DNA of 64,000 bases from the NCBI RefSeq assembly GCF_032191835.1, contig NC_083234.1, positions 27,714,001 to 27,778,000 on the forward strand. The letters are read 5' to 3'. Shown piece after piece: positions 24,013 to 34,810 of the stretch. The notes under the pieces were generated by a model. It was not told the origin of the DNA. It worked only from the letters and a program-made list of their open reading frames with translations, and searched no databases. Origin of the DNA: Heteronotia binoei. Lineage: Eukaryota. Made by a program: the position numbers and the translations under genes. Each line of letters opens with the position of its first letter. Position 1 is the stretch's first letter.

Positions 24013-24740
24013 GGTTTTCCACCAGGGTCAAGCAAGTCCTCCAAAGCAGCAGGAAGCCTTCCACTCGTGCCTCTTACGAGAGGAAGTGGAAGAAGTTCAG
24101 TAACTTTGTGGCTGACTCCCCTACGTCGCCTGACTCCGTTGGGCTTTCGGCAGTTTTTGAGTTTCTTTTAGCCTTGGTGGATGAGGGGCTGGTATTCTCC
24201 TCCATCAAGGTTTATTTGGCAGCTATCTCTGCTTTCCATGTTTCAGTGGAGGGCTACTCTGTTTTTGCGCACCCTCACTCCAAGAGGTTCATGAAGGGAC
24301 TGTTCCGCCTTCATCCCCCTTCTAAATCCCCTCCACAGTTGTGGGATTTGACTCTGGTTCTGGACAGGTTGACTCGTCGTCCTTTTGAGCCCATGGCAAC
24401 ATGTTCCTTACAACTTTTGTCCTGGAAGACTGCATTTTTGGTTGCCATCACCTCAGCACGTCGTGCGGGGGAGCTCACGGCGATGCGCTGTGATTACCCC
24501 TACCTTGCCTTCAGGGAAGCGGGGGTCTCCCTAGCTCCAGACATTACTTTTCTTCCCAAGGTGGTTTCCCAATTTCATCTTAACTTAGAAGTTTGGTTAC
24601 CCACGTTTTACCCTAGCCCTTCCTCGGATGAGGAGCGCAGGCTGCATGCCTTAGACGTTAAGCGTGCCCTCTTGTTTTATTTGAATCGTTCACGGGGCTT
24701 TCGTGAACGATTTTTGTCTCCTACTCTGCCCCCAAGTTAG
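22209..24740 (+). CDS. DIRS ORF3 tyrosine recombinase, 5' part (YR domain from ~24030); frameshifted at ~24711-24715
   Basis: Third frame, overlapping RT. SSRKPSTRASY, SSIKVYLAAIS, AITSARRAGEL (catalytic Arg) and LDVKRALLFY, then an out-of-frame tail to a stop at 24740. Confidence 0.88.
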   Translation: MGTVHRKRGLQNRVCSDPEPVRGSYHSPFPTSAGGGEQPPTETSHRGGSAGGQDRRLLLPLLPGPQTGRGFEAYHGPSESEQIHSVPEVQNGYPANYPAPRQSGRLDGDPGPQGCLLSCQHPPGVQAFPKVCSGCSALPVQGPAVWTVYRSSGVHEADERGGCPPSSSGSCCLPIHRRLASCGEVEGEFDNAYCHHSASSRHPGIAGQPGEVPSDSIKDSSIHRGSAGHRSTPSIPSFAESKGHHQSGTASPKAAVGHGSAAPADAGADGCDDKRATFRKTANEGTAIVVLTPFSSAQRFAPKEVFHPTRDYPISAMVGIGEQHVSRGSLSSTNPYCDYCHRRFHVGVGSSPGRPMCGGPVASEAESVPYKLLGTAGSSLCPSLLSPPVSREDCGSTYGQHHCPVLYKQTGRDSVPQTVLAGDGPLDGVPPVGHFSEGNTPAGGPQHSGGLSQQGWSSPTRMGTAMAVPGAGVPALGVPAARCLRHSGEQKVPLVLCQGRCGSSLARRRTPSSVGGLVPLHVPTLASSNKGSPQVSSGEATLHPGDSLVAPSELVLDPAPAVEGGILSVPDRSGPVVGPGRARTPPQRAPPEADGVVHRSVGFSTRVKQVLQSSRKPSTRASYERKWKKFSNFVADSPTSPDSVGLSAVFEFLLALVDEGLVFSSIKVYLAAISAFHVSVEGYSVFAHPHSKRFMKGLFRLHPPSKSPPQLWDLTLVLDRLTRRPFEPMATCSLQLLSWKTAFLVAITSARRAGELTAMRCDYPYLAFREAGVSLAPDITFLPKVVSQFHLNLEVWLPTFYPSPSSDEERRLHALDVKRALLFYLNRSRGFRERFLSPTLPPS

Positions 24741-25024
24741 GGTCCAAGATTTTGTCTCAAAGGCTTTCCAAGTGGCTCACTGAGACAATTAAACTTTGTT
24801 ATTTGTTGGCGAAGAAGCCTTTACCTGGACCTGTTCGTGGACACTCCACAAGGGCGATGGCCACGTTGGTGGCATTCCTGAAAGGTGTGTCCCTTTCCGC
24901 CGTCTGCAAGGCGGCTACCTGGTCTTCTCCGCATGCCTTCATGAAGCATTACGCGCTGGACGTGCATGCTCAGCAGAGGACTCGGTTGGGAGCTGCGGTG
25001 CTGCAAGCTGTTTCTTCAGGCTGA
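24716..25024 (+). CDS. DIRS tyrosine recombinase C-terminal part (continues in a different frame)
   Basis: VSYSAPKLGSKILSQRLSKW…GHSTRAMAT (HxxR)…CKAATWSS…FMKHYALDV (catalytic Tyr). Confidence 0.88.
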   Translation, partial: VSYSAPKLGSKILSQRLSKWLTETIKLCYLLAKKPLPGPVRGHSTRAMATLVAFLKGVSLSAVCKAATWSSPHAFMKHYALDVHAQQRTRLGAAVLQAVSSG

Positions 25025-25062
25025 CCGTCTTCCCACCTCCAGGTATGCTTTGCTTGCTAGTC

Positions 25063-25157
25063 TCCCATGAGTGTGAAGCACAGAGACCACGAAGAAGGTA
25101 GACAGGTTGCTTACCTGTAACTGTAGATCTTCGAGTGGTCATCTGTGCATTCACACT
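25063..25157 (+). repeat. DIRS internal complementary region (ICR)
   Basis: 25063-25097 is complementary to the left terminus (CTTCTTCGTGGTCTCTGTGCTTCACACTCATGGGA). 25100-25157 is complementary to the right terminus (…GATCTACAGTTACAGGTAAGCAACCTGTCT). Confidence 0.93.
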
Positions 25158-25207
25158 ACCCGCCCTCCTTCCCCGCTGCTGACGGTCTCCTTCCAGTAAG
25201 AGGCTTT

Positions 25208-25420
25208 CGGCGGTCAGGAAGGAACTGGCGGGATCCCCGCGCTGGCGCTGGTGGGCATGCGCATTGGGACGCCCGCGCATGCCCATTGGCGCCGAGCGCG
25301 AAAAAATCCCGGGCTTTTTCAGGTACCGATTCGGGGATCGGCGCAGGCGCACTATCCCATGAGTGTGAATGCACAGATGACCACTCGAAGATCTACAGTT
25401 ACAGGTAAGCAACCTGTCTT
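25208..25420 (+). repeat. DIRS right ITR with 3' extension
   Basis: Inverse of the left ITR plus a ~30-nt extension absent on the left, as in DIRS1 elements. Confidence 0.93.
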
Positions 25421-25696
25421 TCCTATTGCAATCCTAAAACAGGATGCTGGCACTCCAGCATGCTAAATCATTAACTATTCAGGTCTGGGGGCATTTCCAC
25501 CATCACAGCTATTGGTGAAATAACACTGAGTCATACAACAGAATTATAAACATGGAAAGCACAGGGACATTCCGGTAAAGACTACAGCCAGCTGTTTACA
25601 GACAAGTTGGTCAAAAAGTAAGATATAAAATCCAATATAGTTCAAGTGTCCCCCCCCCCCCCCCCCAATTTCTGGTAACCAGTAAAAGTCATTACA

Positions 25697-25731
25697 TTTA
25701 TTACTTAACAGCAAGCTTAGAGCAATTTATT
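25697..25731 (-). terminator. DDX25 candidate polyadenylation signals
   Basis: Two AATAAA on the minus strand (25726-25731 and 25697-25702), ~50-85 nt after the stop. Confidence 0.6.
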
Positions 25732-25783
25732 TTCCAATTTTGACAAACTTTTTTTTTGCAGATTATTCAACATTTTAAATAAT

Positions 25784-25845
25784 TCAGTCTTCTATTTTTT
25801 CTAGCATGTCCATGTCTTCTGGATCAAGGTGCTTAATGGTGATTT
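25784..25845 (-). CDS. DDX25: DDX25 exon 12 (last): KITIKHLDPEDMDMLEKIED*
   Basis: TTTCTCTTTCAG acceptor; phase 1 fits exon 11; resembles the DDX25/DDX19 C-terminus. Confidence 0.9.
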
Positions 25846-26909
25846 CTGAAAGAGAAAAGGAAGTTATTTTCTAATTGATCTTTTTGGAAAGGTGATGTGC
25901 CATGAGGGGAGCTGCATTTATACACTTCGTGAAGAAGCACATTTTTTTCTTTGGAGGCCCTTGAAATGAGCAAAACCTTCAGTTTGTGCTTTAAAATCCC
26001 CCTTTTCCCCTGGGAAACAAGCAGGGTGGTGGAAATCAATCAATGGCTTTCCAGGCTCACCACAGCTACCTCTTTAAGAACTGCTAATACATCTAGCTAG
26101 AAAAAACAGGAGGGTCCAGTCTCTCCCCCCACCACCACCCATTCAAGCAGGGAACAGAGATGGAGGTGTTAAAATACTGGAGAGACTTCAAGAAGGAACT
26201 CCTGAAGATCTCCAGGAAAAGCTTCTCTAACCTGGTCTGACCTGGTCAGTGGCTAGGGAACAGAGGTGACAAAACTTGGGAGTAAGGAAGAAACACTCTT
26301 TGGTGCCGAGTCCATCAGAGCAGAAATGACTCTTAATTGAGATCTGTAGGAGAAGGCCATTAACCATGTGCTGGGCTGAAGAGCTGGAGGAAGCTGCAAC
26401 GTAGAGGAAACTCTGTGGAGATCTATAACGTCCTAAGCTAAGGAGCCTGCCCTATATTTTAACATCTGATAGGGCATGTACAGAGAAAGGGACAGAGGAA
26501 TTGTATTTTACCCATTTCTTTTAAATCCCTTGCACAATCTAGTGCTGTGCTAAAAGTATGCTTGTGAACATTTTCTACCATCTTGGACATGGTATTTTAA
26601 AAGGAAACTAAGAGGAAGGCAGTCACTTGGCAAGTGGCTATTCCTCCAGGAGCACACAAGGCAGTAAACGATCCCCGTGGTGACCAGGTGCTGGGCAGCA
26701 AGAGACAGAGAAGCCACCATGAGGTCTTGTGCATGGTCCAAGACCCAGTGCATCACAGCCTGTCTCCCACAGTTAGCTTCCTTGTAACGCTATTGCACAG
26801 AAATGAAAAGTCAGCTCACTCCTTTCCAAGCAGGGATTCAAATCCCAGTCAGGTGGGTTCAAAACCTGGTATTCCATCCTAACAGGCATGAAAATGACAA
26901 CGTACTCAC

Positions 26910-27098
26910 TGAAGTGCTCCTCAATCGCATACAGTAGTGGTAACTTATGCCTTTCGACCATGTTGAAGGCCACACCTTTCTTCCCAAAGCGGCCTGCGCG
27001 ACCTATACGGTGAAGGTAGGTGTCAAAATCAGCAAAGTTGTCAAAGTTTGTGGGCAGGGTGAAGTTGACCACTATTGTGACTTGTGTCACATCAATGC
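26910..27098 (-). CDS. DDX25: DDX25 exon 11 (motif V end, motif [10 protein letters not shown])
   Basis: [13 protein letters not shown]…[21 protein letters not shown]; AG/GTGAGT boundaries; 189 nt. Confidence 0.95.
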
Positions 27099-27194
27099 CT
27101 ACAAGAAGTATGAACAAGAAGATTATTGAGAGCTCTCAGTACACAAGCACACAGTACGGCAATTAATTTTGCACTGACTTCATGGATTCAGTAC

Positions 27195-27357
27195 CTCTGG
27201 CACAGACATTGGTTGTGATAAGGACTTTATGTTTCCCCTCACGAAATCGCTGAATGATATCTGCCCGCTGCTCAACAGTAAGCTCCCCGCTTAAGAGGGA
27301 TACCTGGTGCCCATCATTTGATAGCTGCATAGCTAGCCATTTAGCGTTCCTACGGGT
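27195..27357 (-). CDS. DDX25: DDX25 exon 10
   Basis: TRRNAKWLAMQLSNDGHQVSLLSGELTVEQRADIIQRFREGKHKVLITTNVCAR; 163 nt with AG/GT boundaries. Confidence 0.95.
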
Positions 27358-28079
27358 CTATTAAAGGAACAAAGGCAAAAGGCAGAAAAAAGATTATGGA
27401 CACTGCTACACACTGAAACAGCCTGGTTATGCTGTGGTAGTCAAAGTTTTAACACACTGGCCCAGTGCCACCTGTTCCTCTCACACTGAAACACTGGATT
27501 CATGTAAACCAGTTTAACGGCAATTGTGTTTTCAGGTGAAGACGACATTTTACATGTTGATAACTTAGAAAAGGTCCTAAGGCCACATGCAAGCCCAGCT
27601 ATCTCTCAACTGCAATGACAGACGCTCTTAATAGTGTGCACTATACTGGGCAAGCTGTCAGCTCTCCTTTCGAATTTGGTACACTATCTACTATTTTTAA
27701 GTACTCCAGATGTATTTTCCATTCATTCATAAACTTATTTTAAAAATTAACTATTTTAATGTTCTACGCTCCTGTCAGATAGCAGGAAGTGACATCACAA
27801 GCATCAGCCAAGCAACACTGAGACAACCAACTTTTTACTGCAGACACACAGAGCTACTTTTTTCACAGCTCCGATCAGGAGATAAAACTCTGGATGGAAC
27901 ACTAAGATGGCATCACACTCTGGCAGGAACAGGGATCAGGCTGAAGTTAGCTTTTGTCACATCACTACAAAGGAAAGGTCTGCAGTAGCATACCTGAAAC
28001 TAAATCCAGCCAACTTCTTCGCATGGCCACTACAGACTGACACTAAAAATCAGCAATGTCCAACTCTTTCATGATCACA

Positions 28080-28345
28080 TGAAGCTGCCTTATACTGAAT
28101 CAGACCCTTGGTCCATCATATTCTGCACTGTCTGCTCACACTGGCAAAAGCTATCCCACAGGAAGATAAAGGAGATTGTGAGCCGCTCTGAGACTCTTCG
28201 GAGTGGAGGGCGGGATATAAATCCAATATCTTCTTCTTCTTCTTCTTCTTCACATCATCTGCTGCCAGATTCTTTAACTGGAAATGCCAGGGATTGACGC
28301 TGGGACCTTCTGCATGCTGAGCAGAGGTTCTACCACTGAGCCAGA
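28080..28345 (-). mobile_element. tRNA-derived SINE with a nested SINE 3' fragment ending in (TTC)n
   Basis: Reverse-complement SINE interrupted at ~28165-28250 by a plus-strand CCAGTTTGG-family tail. Confidence 0.6.
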
Positions 28346-28568
28346 GCCTCTCCCATCTCTCTGACATCACGGTGAGAATTAGTTCTTGAAGAAGCTCTAC
28401 CAAGTAAGTGGTCAAATGGGAAAGATGTGCCCCCTTCCCCCCTCCACTCATTTTAGAGATGCCCAACTACTATGCAACAGATTACATCCCTGTTAGCAAG
28501 ACAGTGACCCTCCCCTGCATCTTTGTTTTGCCCCTTCCAAGTTTGCTGAAGAAGCAGCAGAAATTTAC

Positions 28569-28806
28569 CTGGCAAAAGATCATAGCCTGGCCAACAGTGA
28601 TACTGCCATAGATATTGCACAGAGCTTTGTACTTATCTTCGTTGTTCTCACACAGAAAGTAGTACTGCCTGATATTGTCAAGAGTCAGCTCTTCTCTACG
28701 GAGCTTAATAACATTGGGATCTGGCACAATGCGCTGTGCAAAGAGCAGCACAGGATCGTCAAATGTTGCTGAGAACAGAAGCATCTGACAATCAGGCGAC
28801 AATACC
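28569..28806 (-). CDS. DDX25: DDX25 exon 9 (motif III SAT, motif IV)
   Basis: VLSPDCQMLLFSATFDDPV…IKLRREELTLDNIRQYY…GQAMIFCQ; 238 nt with AG/GT boundaries. Confidence 0.95.
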
Positions 28807-28914
28807 CTGAAAGAAAAAAAATGGGTCCTATCACACAGGGACCGAAGCAGACTACATTTAATCTCCAAGCTACATTTCTGAATTTTTGGCCAGCACTCAT
28901 TATAACGAAGTGCC

Positions 28915-29142
28915 AATGCAGTGTAAGAGTTAAGAGTGGCAGACTCTAATCTGGAGAACCAGGTTTGATTGCCCACTCCTTCACGTGAAGCCTGCTGGGT
29001 GACCTTGAGAGTCTCAGAACTCTCTCAGACCCACCTACCTCACAAGGGGCCTGTTGCAGGGAGAGAAAGGGAAGGCAATTGTAAACCACTTTGAGGCTCC
29101 TTAAGAGATATAAAGCGGGGTATAAAAACCAACTCTTCTTCC
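28915..29142 (+). mobile_element. SINE (CCAGTTTGG-related family)
   Basis: GACTCTAATCTGGAGAACCAGGTTTGATT…TATAAAAACCAACTCTTCTT. Confidence 0.65.
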
Positions 29143-30693
29143 TCTGTTTCAGAGGCTACCAGGCAAGCAAGGCTCAAAATACTCCTTCTCCTCACTTGGT
29201 TCATTCAAATGAATTGGAGAGAGATCCAGCATCCACAAAGTATGTAGCTGAAGATCAATATTTGAAACTAACTATGCCAACACCTTAGGAAACTAGTATT
29301 ATACAAGCCGAAGCTCAGAGGTTTCCAAGTAAACCTCTGCAGACACTCAGCAAACTTGTGAAGACTAAGGTAGGTGGCTATAGTACTCATCTTCCTGGTT
29401 CTAATGCTTCCCTATGCAAAGAAGGTTATGCTATGCACATTTCAGAGTTTACTGTGTAATCTTCACTTGATATTATTTAAAGCTATCTAAAGATTTGACT
29501 AAACGGCAATTAGGCATTCTTGGTTTCAAGAAGGGAGAGAAGCTAGACCAAATCCTTCATTTATGAATTCTGGAAATATATTGAAGTTGTGGCTATCCAG
29601 TTTTTTTAAAAATTTTGTTCAAAGCCCTTATAATAACGTGTTCTGTTTTCTGTAGGACCCGCCTGCACATAGCAGCTGCTCAGTAGGAAAAAACTCCCAC
29701 ATTCATTCATGCAAAGGATGCACTGAAAGCCATTGCCAACCCCAGCCTCACAAAGCACACAGCAGTACAAAGATAAGACAGGTTCATTCTTTACATGACC
29801 TGCACTATTACTGTACACACTTTCTTCCTACAAATGGGAAAGAGATACAATGCTGATCTGCCCCCCACTAACTTTAGAGTTGCCCAACTACTGTGCAACA
29901 GATTACATCTCTGCTGCCATGACGCTGACTCTCCCCTACATCTATGTTTTGGCCTTTCCAAGTTAGGCAACAGTAGGTGCACAGGAAAAACAATACGCAA
30001 AGCTATCTTTAAAGTGATTTCCATATAAGGTATGCTGTGAGTATCCCATGATATCTGTAAATATGGAGTCAGCTGAAAAGTGATTTCTATCAATTTAAGT
30101 TACACCTAAGCAAGGAATGTAAGACCACCCCTGTTGGATCAGACCACCTAGTCCAGCACTATGTTTTCCACAGTGGCTATTCAGATTTCCCAGAAGGCTC
30201 ACAAAAGACAAAATGAAGATGATATGACAAATGCTGCAAAGGAAAGAATCCTTAATGACTGTATTATTTTGGTAGATTCCTCTGTCAAAGCTACACTCAA
30301 AACGTGTGGGGGTTATACAGTCATTAAGGATTCTTTCCTTTGCACCATTTGTCTTTTCATCTTCTTTTTGCCTTGGTACGGCCCCTCTTCACAAAATACA
30401 AAGCCTTCCACCTATTATTGTCCCCAGCATTCAGTCCACCACTTTTGAATACGAGAATTCCATTCACTTGTTATGGCCAATGGCTACTGATAGACCTAAA
30501 CTCCAGGAAGCTATCTAATCCTCCTCTGAAGCCATCTAAACTAGTAACCCGTCACTACAGACTGAGCAGCAAGTTCTAGAAGTTAATTATGCAATGTTAG
30601 GTTATTTAGTCAAAATCATACCCTGCCTTTTAGAAATACTGTCAAGGCAGCTTACAATAAGAAATACAAACAGAATGACTAACCAGCACTTAC

Positions 30694-30871
30694 CGCTGAA
30701 TCCGGACACTCTGGTCCAAGAAATTCTGTTTATTAATCATGACATCACCTTCATCCAGGACAAAAACTCGAATTTTCTTCACATCCACAAGTTTTAGCTT
30801 GAAACACCAATCAATCAGGGTCCCCGGGGTTCCGATTACTATTTGTTGTTCAATGATGGTTCCTCTTGGAA
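30694..30871 (-). CDS. DDX25: DDX25 exon 8 (motif Ib, motif II reading DEGD)
   Basis: PRGTIIEQQIVIGTPGTLIDWCFKLKL…IRVFVLDEGDVMINKQNFLDQSVRIQR; 178 nt with AG/GTAAGT boundaries. Confidence 0.95.
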
Positions 30872-31151
30872 CTAAGAGAGAAGGACACCACTTTTTCCAT
30901 GTTGTCAAGCATATCTGTTACATTAAAAAAACTGAGAGTGCAAACAGCATTATTTTTTAAAACAGTTAGTGGTATTTTCCTGTTCCTGCACTGATAGCAT
31001 GATAAGAATAAATGAGAAAAGGGGAGTATTCAACACTCTTGACTGCAGGCACTTTTCTAAATCACATACAATATGTCAAGCAAGTTTTATTCAAGGTAGA
31101 AGATTTTGTGTGCATGCACTTCTTCAGAAACAATGAAATGGAAATTATCAA

Positions 31152-31524
31152 TCCATACATAAAGATAGAGGGTGAACAGTAAATTAGCATGCCGCATAAT
31201 GAAGATGTTTAACAGATTTAAGGACCAAACAAGGAATAACAAGCTTAGTTTATGTGGTTACCATTTGTTTGGGTTTAATTTGAGGTGTGTGCGTGTGAAG
31301 GAAATAAATGTCAAAATTGGAAACTGATGGGCAGATGTATCCTTGATTGCGGATTGCTGAGAGTAATTAACTGAGACCCTGCCAAGATGTTCCATCCATC
31401 TCCTCTCAAGGGTGAGCCATATAAACTAAGCTTGTTATTCCTCCTGTTTGGCTCTTGAATCTGTTAAACATCTTCATTATGCTGTATGCTAATTTACAAC
31501 TCACCCACTATCTCTATGCATGGA
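31152..31524. mobile_element. MITE with ~115-bp TIRs (Tc1/mariner-like)
   Basis: TCCATACATAAAGATAG…AAGCTTAGTTTATGTGG pairs with CCATATAAACTAAGCTT…CTATCTCTATGCATGGA. Confidence 0.7.
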
Positions 31525-31544
31525 CTGGTAATTTCTAATTCATC

Positions 31545-31662
31545 GTATCTGAAGTATGCATGCGCACAAAAGCTTATACCTTGAATAAAACTTTCTTGGG
31601 TTTAAAAGTGCCACTGGGTTCAAACTTTGTTCTGCTGCTTCAGACAAACACAGCTACCCACC
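31545..31662 (+). mobile_element. Penelope-like terminal fragment
   Basis: GTATCTGAAGTATGCATGCGCACAAAAGCTTATACC…GTGCCACTGG…CCCACCTGAATCTA; degenerate hammerhead-like core. Confidence 0.55.
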
Positions 31663-31734
31663 TGAATCTAAATATGTCAAGCAGTGAAAAAAATGCATTG
31701 TTAAGGGAACTCAAAAAAGAGAGCAAGAGAGACT

Positions 31735-32220
31735 ACAGCTTGGAGGGGAAGATAACCAGGCCTCAGATTCAGCAGGAGCTCACAGGAGCACAGCTCCTGA
31801 ATCTGAGGGTTCCCCCTCTTCCTCCCCACCTACCTTGTTCATTGAATAGTAGGTGCAGCTGCATAACAATCTCTGGATTAGGAGAGCGGGCAGCCAGCCA
31901 CCAGGGGCTTTGCCACGCTCCCAGAAGCCCTCATTAACCCCTGGAGAAGTCCATGCCACCCTTTCTCCACCTCTTATGTGATTTTGGGTGGTGGGTGGCT
32001 TGTGGCCTTTTGACTGGGGGGGCAGCTAAGGAGAGCCCCAGGTGAGCGAGGCCTGCTTGGGCTGGCTGGATCTCTGGCCAGCCCAAGCAGGCCTCACTTG
32101 CCCAGGGCTCTCCTTTCTTGCATCGGGTTGCTTTCGGTGGGGGGGGGGGGGCAGCATATGCTAATGAGCTCCACCACCTATTTTTCTACAAAACGACCCC
32201 TGAAGATAACCATTTAAATT
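31735..32220. mobile_element. hAT-like non-autonomous element (copy of 12875-13333, opposite orientation)
   Basis: Reverse-complement similarity along the whole length. Confidence 0.65.
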
Positions 32221-32269
32221 CTGTTTTTAAAATCATTTTAAAGGACTACATGAACACATTTGCAGTGGC

Positions 32270-32545
32270 AGCTACAAGCACAAATAGCTTCAAGAGGTAT
32301 TAGATAAAAATATGGAGCAGAGGTCCATCAGCAGCTATTAGCCACGAGTTATGGATGGAAGACTGCCTGGGGCAATGATGTCTATATTCTTGGTGCTCAG
32401 GGGAGCAACAGTGGGAGGGCTGCTGGAGTTCTGGTCCTGCTGATGGACCTCCTGATGGCACCTGGGTTTTGGCCACTGTGTGACAGAGTGCTGGACTGGA
32501 TGGGCCACTGGCCTGATTCAACATGGCTTCTCTTATGCTCTTGTA
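32270..32545 (-). mobile_element. CR1 3' fragment
   Basis: Family similarity to the CR1 3' ends at 15100 and 43000. Confidence 0.5.
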
Positions 32546-32839
32546 GAAGATACCACTCATCAGGCACCATCTCATAGGTGGTGGCAACACTCATACTAAA
32601 AACATACATTATTGTGGCAATATTCATTGTATCTATAGAGCTAATTTTGATTTCCCCAAGGCATAGGCAGAAGTGCTATGAAAAAAGGAAAAGCTGGTTT
32701 TACAACAGATAATTGTAGGATGCAACTAAAATTACTAAGTTCATATTTTATAGCAAGCATAGTTAAAGCAAATTCATAGGAGAAGTCTACAAGTAACATA
32801 TAAACATTAAGCAATAAAATGCATTTGAGAGAGACTTAC

Positions 32840-32954
32840 GTCTGTTTCCTCGGACAGCATAGATAACACCAATATGTACACAGAACTTTCCCATCTTCTC
32901 AATTACCTGCCCCGTTTGCACAGCCAGTTCAAAGGTAGGACTTAAGCAGAAGCA
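32840..32954 (-). CDS. DDX25: DDX25 exon 7 (motif Ia PTFELA)
   Basis: CFCLSPTFELAVQTGQVIEKMGKFCVHIGVIYAVRGNR; 115 nt with AG/GTAAGT boundaries. Confidence 0.93.
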
Positions 32955-34810
32955 CTTTAGGATGAGACAATAAAGATGGACTGAGATAAAGACTTAGCAT
33001 GTTTGAGCAGCCGCATGTTAAGCACAGCACAAGATTGCAACTGCAAATACAATCCATTGATACTTTTTCTCTGAATTTGATTTCCCACCCTCCCCAAGAC
33101 ACTAAATATACAGCCAAAAGCTAGATACAACTGCTGGAAAATCGCTCCAATGTTATTGTCAGCGTGAATATGGACAGAACAAGAAATACTACTTTTATAT
33201 TATACAAAGAACAGCAAGAGTGCCCAAGAGCACAGGGAAAATGTATGTACCTATGCCTGTAACCTCAAGGGAAAAATCCTGAGGACCAAACTAGACTATG
33301 TGTGACAAAAGTTGGGTTGGGGCTTCCCCTGATTAGAGTTGCACTGACATGTAACTTCTGGGAACTTATGTTCCCAGGTTCACTAGGGCCGGATTTGGCT
33401 TGAGAAGGGGAGGAAGGACTTCAGACTTCCCTCCTATACCATTTTACTGAACTATAATGGCCAGAAGGAATGTGTTTGCCCCACTTGGGGATTCTCTTTT
33501 TGTCACCCCCAAGGCTTGGGAGAACAGTGCAGGAGGGAAGACCAAAGTCCTTCTTCCCCTTTCCATGCTCCTGAGCTGAACTGGATCCTGGAGCACTCGA
33601 GAACATTTGTTTCCCAATGTTACATGTGATTGCAAGTTGGACTTGTAGCACAATCACTGAGCCCTGAAAGACAAGGTTTGGTAGACCGCAAACTGTAAAA
33701 CTTGTATCTTTCCCACTGCTCTGATGATATCAGTTAAGTTGTACAGGCAAAAGAAAAGCAGCTTTTTAAAGTCTTCTTTGTGAACAGTTAAGTATTGCTA
33801 GCAGTCTATAAGACCTAGGTTGTAGTATTTTATAGCACATTCACACATTCAAAGTATGATATATGCAATATTTTATGGAATCCCAGAAAATATGGGGGAG
33901 GGGGGGGCTTGCTCAAGACCACCTAGCAAGATTTCATGTTACAGACTGCCTGATTTATAATTCACTTTTAGCCACTATACTACTTTAGCTCTCTTAAGCC
34001 AATCACAAATCTTTGAATGCATTTTAAAACCCAAACCCAATCCCACCCCAAGTCAATATGAAATTCCTTAACAGAGAAGTTATGTTGTAATGAATGCAGT
34101 TATGACGCATAACACTCTCGCTGCAGATCTTTGGCCACTTTCACACAACAATGACTCATCATTCTACATTCGTGTAGAAAGTCTACATGGGACTTTCTGC
34201 TGTACTTTCCACCCCAAGGCTGGAGGCAGGAAGTGAGACTGAAAAGGGCTTCTCTTTGTCCCATCCATGAGCTGCATCATGCCCTGTCCTTGAGAGTCCA
34301 TACTGAGAGCGCTTCTCTGGAGGTAGGCAGAAGGAGGCAGGGTGGACAGTATGTAGGTAGCAGAGGGACCGGTGCCCAATGGAGAAGTGCTATCAGTAGA
34401 GGTTCCAAAGGAAGGAGAAATAAAGGGAGCAATCCGCAGACTGCAAAACCTGACTACTGTGTGGTGTACAGGAGAAGGGAGAAGTCCCTTTTACTAGCTT
34501 CTTTTGACTTCCAAGCCAGCTTAATGCATTCATATTTATACATTTTAAAAGCTGATAAAAACCATGGTTGGGGGGGGGCAGTGACAGCTGCAAGTGGATG
34601 GTGGTTGTAACATGGTGCCACTGTGGGTGAAAATTCTAACCTGCCCATCCACATGGCATGAGAATCTGTTTTGACTGCAATCTTCCAAGAAAGACTGTGC
34701 CATAGCAGGTTTGGGAAACAATGGGCCAACTGCAGTTTGCACAACTCAAGCTCCCAAGTTAATCGCAATGCGTCTGCAAGCATCATAACAAACTTATGTT
34801 GATATTTTAC

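Larger units (their letters stand above)
19664..25420 (+). mobile_element. DIRS1-type tyrosine-recombinase retrotransposon, full length
   Basis: Inverted terminal repeats, an internal complementary region, and gag, RT/RNaseH/MT and YR ORFs overlapping in three frames; CpG-rich. Confidence 0.97.

Noticed and set aside
26550-26756. Possible ancient DIRS gag remnant in DDX25 intron 11 (AQDLMVASLSLAAQHLVTTG…SWRNSHLPSD)
   Set aside because: Only faint similarity to the gag RQQL…RRHSWLRS segment. It cannot be supported without a profile search.
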